NCBI GenBank assembly: GCA_028696365.1
Contig: JAQVHG010000001.1
Location: 2,401 to 66,400 of the forward strand
From: Methanofollis sp.
GTDB taxonomy: Archaea > Halobacteriota > Methanomicrobia > Methanomicrobiales > Methanofollaceae
Direction of reading: 5' to 3'
DNA: 64,000 nucleotides
In this document: one piece after another, positions 58,991-64,000 of the stretch
Layout of the letters: the number at the start of each line of letters is the position of its first letter
Numbering within the stretch: the first letter of the stretch is position 1
Notes under the pieces: model-generated
What the model was told of the DNA's origin: nothing
The model's database searches: none
What the model saw: only the letters and a program-made list of their open reading frames with translations
Made by a program: the position numbers and the translations under genes

Positions 58991-59530
58991 TCAATTGGAA
59001 TAATTTGAAGTATGTTCTGTCTGCGTCTGATCAGACAGTCCTCCCCCATTGTCGTTGCATGCCGCAGCCGGGATGATGACGGGGCTGTCATGTCGTCTTG
59101 GGTCGGTGAGTCCGATGATGAACTCGTCGGCGTTGGGACCGTACTTGGCGTAATCCACCAGGGATGCCTGGCTCTTAATGAACTGGCGTCCGGTCTGGAG
59201 GGTATATGGGAATGCCGTGAAGATCTCGTCACAGGCGTTCCGTACGGCCTCGATGACTGATTCGTCTCTGACCTCAAGGGTGACCATACCGGTCTGGCCC
59301 CGCATCTCAAATTCAGTGCCGCGGACCTGGATCGTCTGTCTGTTGGTATTGGGATTTGCTGCTCCTCGTGCCGGACCATAGGGAATGGTAACCGGGAGGG
59401 AGGGGCCGTTGATAACGGCCCGGCGCACACCCGGGATCCCTGCGATCTGGTTGAGGAGACGCTCCGTCGTCGCAGGTGAGAGGAGCCGCAGTGGGACGAT
59501 CCTGCACTGGGGGAAGACCGAATCAGGCAA
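58991..59530 (-). CDS. mcrD: MCR operon protein D (F430 chaperone), with C-terminal extension
   Basis: P.RLL...T.E.LLN, GPSLP..IPYGPARG and DYAKYG motifs; TTG start overlapping the mcrB stop. Confidence 0.92.
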   Translation of the reverse strand: MPDSVFPQCRIVPLRLLSPATTERLLNQIAGIPGVRRAVINGPSLPVTIPYGPARGAANPNTNRQTIQVRGTEFEMRGQTGMVTLEVRDESVIEAVRNACDEIFTAFPYTLQTGRQFIKSQASLVDYAKYGPNADEFIIGLTDPRRHDSPVIIPAAACNDNGGGLSDQTQTEHTSNYSN

Positions 59531-60839
59531 TCAGATCCACGCCCTTGGCGATCTGGTCGATCGGCTTTTTGAAGACGTCGATCTGGCCGTAGGTCTCGCC
59601 CATTACCTTGGAGGAGCCCTCAGGTGAGAACATCTGGGTGCCTGCATCGAGAGCACAGGCGGCAACGGCGCACGGAATCGCGACGCCGTTTGCGTGCCTG
59701 GTCACGACGTGGTTGCCGTTGAAGATACCCGGACCGCCGCCACCGTAGATGGAGTGGCTGAAGAAGGAGAAACCGACGGCGGTACCCATCATGCGGCCGA
59801 AGTCGCAGGACGGCAGGCCAGTCTCGTGCTCGATGAGGTCGTTGAAGTACAGGAGAGTCGAGGAGACCGCCTGTGCAAACCGGCCAGCACCACAGTTGAC
59901 AACCGTGGCGGCGAGGGAACCGGCAGCGACGTAGGCGTTCCAGAGCATCGGGTCGTTCGTGTTGTAGAACTGGAAGTACCCGCCCTTCTTGCCTGGAGTG
60001 ATAACCTTGTCCTCGATCGCACGCTCAACGAGAGACTGGACCACGGTACCGACGGTGCCGTTCTCGCCGTTTGCCTTGACCAGGTCGTAAACCATGTTGT
60101 TGGCGTTAAGACCCTGGTAGGCGTAGCAGAGGAGCTGGTTGCGCTCGAAGGGGCCGATTGCCTCGCCCATCTCGAACTCACCGGCGGTCTCGAGGGTGGA
60201 CGCAAGGGCGGCACCCTGGAGGGAGTTCCTGCCGGTCATCATAACAAAGTGGTTGACCGGAATGTTCCTCAGAGCGAAGCCGAGGCCTTCGTTATTCTGG
60301 GGAATGTTGAGGATGGAGGTGACGTTGCTGCCCTTGACGTCCATGGTCTGTGGGTATGCACCCCAGCAGGCCGCCTTGACGGTGGACGCGTTGAACATGT
60401 CGATGTCGAACTCTTCGACGATCGAGTAGGTAGTCGCCGAGGCGACTGCCGTGAGTGCAGCGTCGTAGGTTGCGGCATTGTCGAGGCGCTTTCTCGGCAC
60501 CTGGACAAGAAGGAGTTGGCCGTTGTTGAATTCGAGGATCTCGGTGTCGTCACCCTCCTCGACCTGGACCATCTCCTTGATCCTGGCGACAATGTTGTCT
60601 TTGTTCTCCATGATCGGGAGGTCGAGTTCACGCCCCCTGATCTTTCCTCCGCCGAGCTTTGCGGCCTTGAGGCTGTTCTCAATGCCAGCAAGGTTGACAT
60701 TGATAGTACGCTTGGTCAGGTCGATGATCTTGCTTGTCGCAGGGTTCACCAACGGGCTGACCTTGTCGAGGGTAACTCCGCTTTTCAGCAGTTTACCGTC
60801 ATCTGAATAGAGATCGATGGTTTCTGAATATGCTGCCAT
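59523..60839 (-). CDS. mcrB: Methyl-coenzyme M reductase beta subunit
   Basis: AYQGLNANN and SFFSHSIYGGGGPGIFNGNHVVTRH motifs. Confidence 0.98.
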   Translation of the reverse strand: MAAYSETIDLYSDDGKLLKSGVTLDKVSPLVNPATSKIIDLTKRTINVNLAGIENSLKAAKLGGGKIRGRELDLPIMENKDNIVARIKEMVQVEEGDDTEILEFNNGQLLLVQVPRKRLDNAATYDAALTAVASATTYSIVEEFDIDMFNASTVKAACWGAYPQTMDVKGSNVTSILNIPQNNEGLGFALRNIPVNHFVMMTGRNSLQGAALASTLETAGEFEMGEAIGPFERNQLLCYAYQGLNANNMVYDLVKANGENGTVGTVVQSLVERAIEDKVITPGKKGGYFQFYNTNDPMLWNAYVAAGSLAATVVNCGAGRFAQAVSSTLLYFNDLIEHETGLPSCDFGRMMGTAVGFSFFSHSIYGGGGPGIFNGNHVVTRHANGVAIPCAVAACALDAGTQMFSPEGSSKVMGETYGQIDVFKKPIDQIAKGVDLIA

Positions 60840-60970
60840 ATCAGTACATCCTTTTACCCTTTGTGTAGGAAGGTATGTTCTTCAAGAATTCCACCCGGTA
60901 AATGGTATGAAATTCCTGAGCGTCACTACTGCAAGCCCCTATCTGGGACTATATATCTATCCAGCGATGC

Positions 60971-60985
60971 TCATATAAAATTTCC
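60971..60985 (-). promoter_or_regulatory. Probable BRE/TATA promoter of the mcr operon
   Basis: Minus strand GGAAATTTTATATGA about 135 bp upstream of the mcrB ATG, within an AT-rich tract. Confidence 0.6.
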
Positions 60986-61498
60986 TAATCTTTTTTAATA
61001 ATTTAACATGACATTTTACATTAAAGTGGATTATTATTGCAGATATCTATTATTTAACATCAAATTATCGTCAGAATATAAGCAGGCAAGAATATGCCCC
61101 AAATACGTTTGATTTCATATATTATCTAACTATTGAAGAAATAACCGTAAAAAATACTCCTAATTAAATAGATAGACAAAATAATGTCGATTACATATCA
61201 TAATCTTATTATATCTGCGGACAGAGATCTGCTCTCATCTACCCTCCACCCCGACATCGACAGATCAGGAGATCTGGACCAGATGCAGGGCGTAACCAGG
61301 ACAAAGACAAACAGAAGGATTTACAGAGGGGTTTCATCTTTTTCATCCTGAATCGGCACCGATCAGGAAGAGATTCCACCCTAGGACTTGAATGTGATTC
61401 TACCACTGCTCCATATCTTTTCGCTGTGGACACTCTCACTCGCATTCCCCACATTCTCAGGGAGAAGATATGAGGGGAAGGCAGATACAATATTTTCG

Positions 61499-61962
61499 GG
61501 CCTTGTAGAAAACCTCACCTCTTCTGGGTACGAGTGCGATTCAACCGCCTTCCCTCATCTTCTTGCCGGGGGCTCTCCCCCCGGACCTCCGGGACCACGA
61601 TAGTGTCGAGGAGGCAGAATAGAAGACCATAATGAGGGTGCTGCCATCCTCGAACCTATCGTGTGGCCGGGGAGCTGGGGGGGGCGGCTAAGCCCACCGA
61701 CAGAGAGATTCATCTAGAAGATTTCTACAGAGCCGGTATGAGCATGAATCAATCGCCTTCCCACAGTGGTTGCGCCTGGGATCCTGGAAACACTTCGCGG
61801 TTCTCGAACTCGTTCACGCTCGTTCCCCCAGGATAAAGAGAGAGGAGGGACGACAGACTCGAAATGCTTAAAGAAAGGTTGCCATCCACGACTTATCTTG
61901 GTGTGTGGGGTCCAGGGGACACAAACCCCCCTGGAACCTATCAAGAGGAACTCTACAAAGCC
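61499..61962 (+). mobile_element. Family A element (61499-61734) abutting an older left-truncated copy (61735-61962)
   Basis: GGCCTTGTAGAAA...TTTCTACAGAGCC; second terminus CTCTACAAAGCC. Confidence 0.8.
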
Positions 61963-62054
61963 AGGTAATCTAAGAGCATCGATCCAGAAGATCTCTCCTG
62001 AACCCACAGAAGGAAAGTATCAAGACGGCCCGCACCGAGATCAAGATGATCTCA

Positions 62055-62720
62055 ATGAAAATTCTTGGCATCAACGGGAGCCCACGAGGCTCGGCGAGCA
62101 GGACTCGCCGCCTCGTCGAGGGCGTCCTGGGGGGGGCCGCTGCGGCGGGAGCAGAGACTGAGTATATCGATATCACCAATTACAAGATCAGGCCCTGTGT
62201 GGGCTGCACACTCTGCTACCAGACCGGCGAATGTCCGAAGATGGACGATTTCATCGAGGTTTACGAGAAGATGCTCGACGCCGACGGGATCGTCCTCGGC
62301 TCGCCCAACTACATCAACAATGTCTCAGCCCAACTCAAACTCCTCCTTGACCGGATGGCCGATGCGATCCACTGCCAGCGGCTTGTTGGGAAATACGGAT
62401 GTGCAGTCTCGACCGCCGGGGGGTCCGGGGCCGACGACGTGGCCGCATACCTGAACCAGACCCTCCAGGTCCTTGGGGCCACCACCGTCGGATCAGTCGG
62501 GATCGTCCTCGGGACTGAACCGGACACCCTCTTTGCCGCCGAAGAGCAGGCCCACCGGCTCGGCGCCGTTCTCGTGGCCGCGGTCAGTGAACACCGGACC
62601 TATCCAGAACAGGAGGCCTTCCATCAGGAGATGGAAACACAGATGCGTGCCCTTGTCGAAGCGAACAAAGAGACCTGGAAGCACGAGTATGACACCTGGG
62701 CCGCCCGGCCCAGGACGTGA
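62055..62720 (+). CDS. Iron-sulfur flavoprotein (Isf/flavodoxin family)
   Basis: MKILGINGSPR, CVGCTLC.....C and LGSPNY motifs. Confidence 0.9.
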   Translation: MKILGINGSPRGSASRTRRLVEGVLGGAAAAGAETEYIDITNYKIRPCVGCTLCYQTGECPKMDDFIEVYEKMLDADGIVLGSPNYINNVSAQLKLLLDRMADAIHCQRLVGKYGCAVSTAGGSGADDVAAYLNQTLQVLGATTVGSVGIVLGTEPDTLFAAEEQAHRLGAVLVAAVSEHRTYPEQEAFHQEMETQMRALVEANKETWKHEYDTWAARPRT

Positions 62721-62729
62721 GGGGACCGT

Positions 62730-63218
62730 TCATCCCCTGTTTTTTTTCATCTCCTCACGCATCCGCCTGGTATGCGAGCCCATCCAGTAGAGACGGTGAC
62801 AGACCGGACACCAGAAGAACGAGAGCCCCTCTCTGGCCTCTGGCGCGTACTCGGCCCCTTCGATCTCGCGGCGGCGCGCTGGCCTGAGGGGGGTGTTGCA
62901 GAGGGAGCACCGGTCAAAGGAGAGTTGCAGGCTGACCAAACCCAGGTCCGAGAGCTGCGCCACCTGCTCATCGACCTGCTCTGACCTGACCAGAACACCC
63001 TGCTCACCCGCACGCCTTGCAAGTTCAGCATCTCTTGTGAGGAGCATGCGCCCCTGGGCCCTCGCGATCTCAAGGAGCACCGTGTCCTCGCGTCTGCTCC
63101 CTGGAAAGAGCGAACTCGCACTGAGCGTGTCATATCCCATCAGCCGCAGCCGCCTGGTCAGGGTGCCAAGCATCCGGTCCGCAAGAAACTTTGCCCTCTC
63201 TTCAGACCGACCTGACAA
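62730..63218 (-). CDS. Mut7-C RNase (PIN-like) domain protein
   Basis: FLADRMLG.L.R.LRLMGYDT, LLTRD, RCSLCN and CPVC.RLYW.GSH motifs. Confidence 0.9.
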   Translation of the reverse strand: MSGRSEERAKFLADRMLGTLTRRLRLMGYDTLSASSLFPGSRREDTVLLEIARAQGRMLLTRDAELARRAGEQGVLVRSEQVDEQVAQLSDLGLVSLQLSFDRCSLCNTPLRPARRREIEGAEYAPEAREGLSFFWCPVCHRLYWMGSHTRRMREEMKKNRG

Positions 63219-64000
63219 CCGCGATCCGCTCCCCGCACTTGGTGCATCGATCTTCTGAGAGCCCGACCACTCTGCTCATGAACCCAGAGCGCTCGATGAG
63301 CAGAGCCCCGCATGAGGGACAGTAGGTATTCTCGTACGGTCCCGCCGGGACATTCCCAAGGTAGGGATAGCGTACCCCGAGGTCTCTGGCCAGAGCGTAG
63401 ATCTTCTCCAGCAGTGGCAACGGCGTCGGGTTCACGTCGGTCATCTGATAGTCTGGATGGAAACGGGTGAAGTGCATCGGGGTGTCGGGCCCGAGGTTCT
63501 CGATCACCCAGGTGATCAACGCCCGTATCTCCTCAAGGGAATCGTTCAGCCCTGGGATCACGAGGGTCACTGTCTCGATGTGCATTCCTCGCTCATGGGC
63601 AGCGAGGGTGGCGTCGAGGACCGGCTGGAGCCTGGCCCGGCAGACCTTCCGATAAAAGTCGTCTGAGAAGGCCTTGAGATCCACCCGGAAGGCGTTGAGC
63701 ATGGGCGCAAGTTCGTCGAGCGCCTCCTCGGTCGCATATCCGTTGGTGACATAGACTGTCCCAAGCCCCTGTGCGCGCGCCCGCGCCCCCATCTCAAGGG
63801 CATACTCGTGCCAGATCGTCGGTTCATTGTAGGTCCATGAGATACTCGCCGCCCCAGAGGCCCGCGCCCGCTCGACCCCCTGTTCAGGGCTGATCTCTAT
63901 CAGGGGCATGGCATCCAGGGAGGCTTGCGATATCTCCCAGTTCTGGCAGTGCCGGCACCTGAAATTGCACCCCACGCCACCGAGCGAGTAGGAGAGGGTG
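63202..64000 (-). CDS. AmmeMemoRadiSam-type (PflA-like) radical SAM enzyme; 5' end lies outside the window
   Basis: GCNFRCRHCQNWEISQ, TYNEPTIW.EY, VTNGY and TRFHP motifs. Confidence 0.88.
   Translation of the reverse strand, partial: TLSYSLGGVGCNFRCRHCQNWEISQASLDAMPLIEISPEQGVERARASGAASISWTYNEPTIWHEYALEMGARARAQGLGTVYVTNGYATEEALDELAPMLNAFRVDLKAFSDDFYRKVCRARLQPVLDATLAAHERGMHIETVTLVIPGLNDSLEEIRALITWVIENLGPDTPMHFTRFHPDYQMTDVNPTPLPLLEKIYALARDLGVRYPYLGNVPAGPYENTYCPSCGALLIERSGFMSRVVGLSEDRCTKCGERIAVVRSV

Noticed and set aside
10235-61962. Dispersed repeats as CRISPR arrays
   Set aside because: They are inverted termini of dispersed elements, not regularly spaced direct repeats with unique spacers; no cas genes in the window.
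1-64000. tRNA/rRNA genes, integrase or transposase genes, ORB-type replication origin
   Set aside because: None recognised by eye: no T-loop cloverleaf, no DDE or tyrosine-recombinase ORF, no cdc6 gene or ORB motif.

Overview
Chromosomal segment of a hydrogenotrophic methanogenic archaeon of the Methanomicrobiales (Methanofollis/Methanoculleus-like, judged from the McrA and Eha sequences). From left to right it holds: the 3' part of an Eha energy-converting hydrogenase operon running directly into fwdDBAC (formylmethanofuran dehydrogenase); small Zn-ribbon and Gly/Arg-rich proteins; a housekeeping block (panE, HTH-CBS regulator, Nog1 GTPase, presenilin homolog, fen, CDP-alcohol phosphatidyltransferase, AK6, hisC, argD, guaAB, pyrG); PaaI, DJ-1/PfpI and a 1727-aa multi-PAS hybrid kinase; a tightly coupled TPR / BrxD-like ATPase / OB-HD nuclease operon; a ferredoxin, an MFS pump and Isf flavoproteins; a secreted CobN-like / DUF2162 / MotA-ExbB / DUF2149 (HmuSTUV-like) cluster; an mcrBDGA operon with no mcrC; Mut7-C and a partial radical SAM gene. 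The strongest unexplained signal is non-coding. Almost every large intergenic gap is filled with about 25 full, truncated, nested or chimeric copies of a ~230-bp MITE-like element (13-bp TIR GGCTCTGTAGAAA, 8-bp target duplications, long internal hairpin), mixed with several other repeat modules, and no transposase is present in the window. Two credible small genes missed by the ORF track were also found: a 49-aa double Zn-ribbon protein and a 56-aa His-rich coiled coil. Family calls come from motif recognition and memory; no database searches were run.
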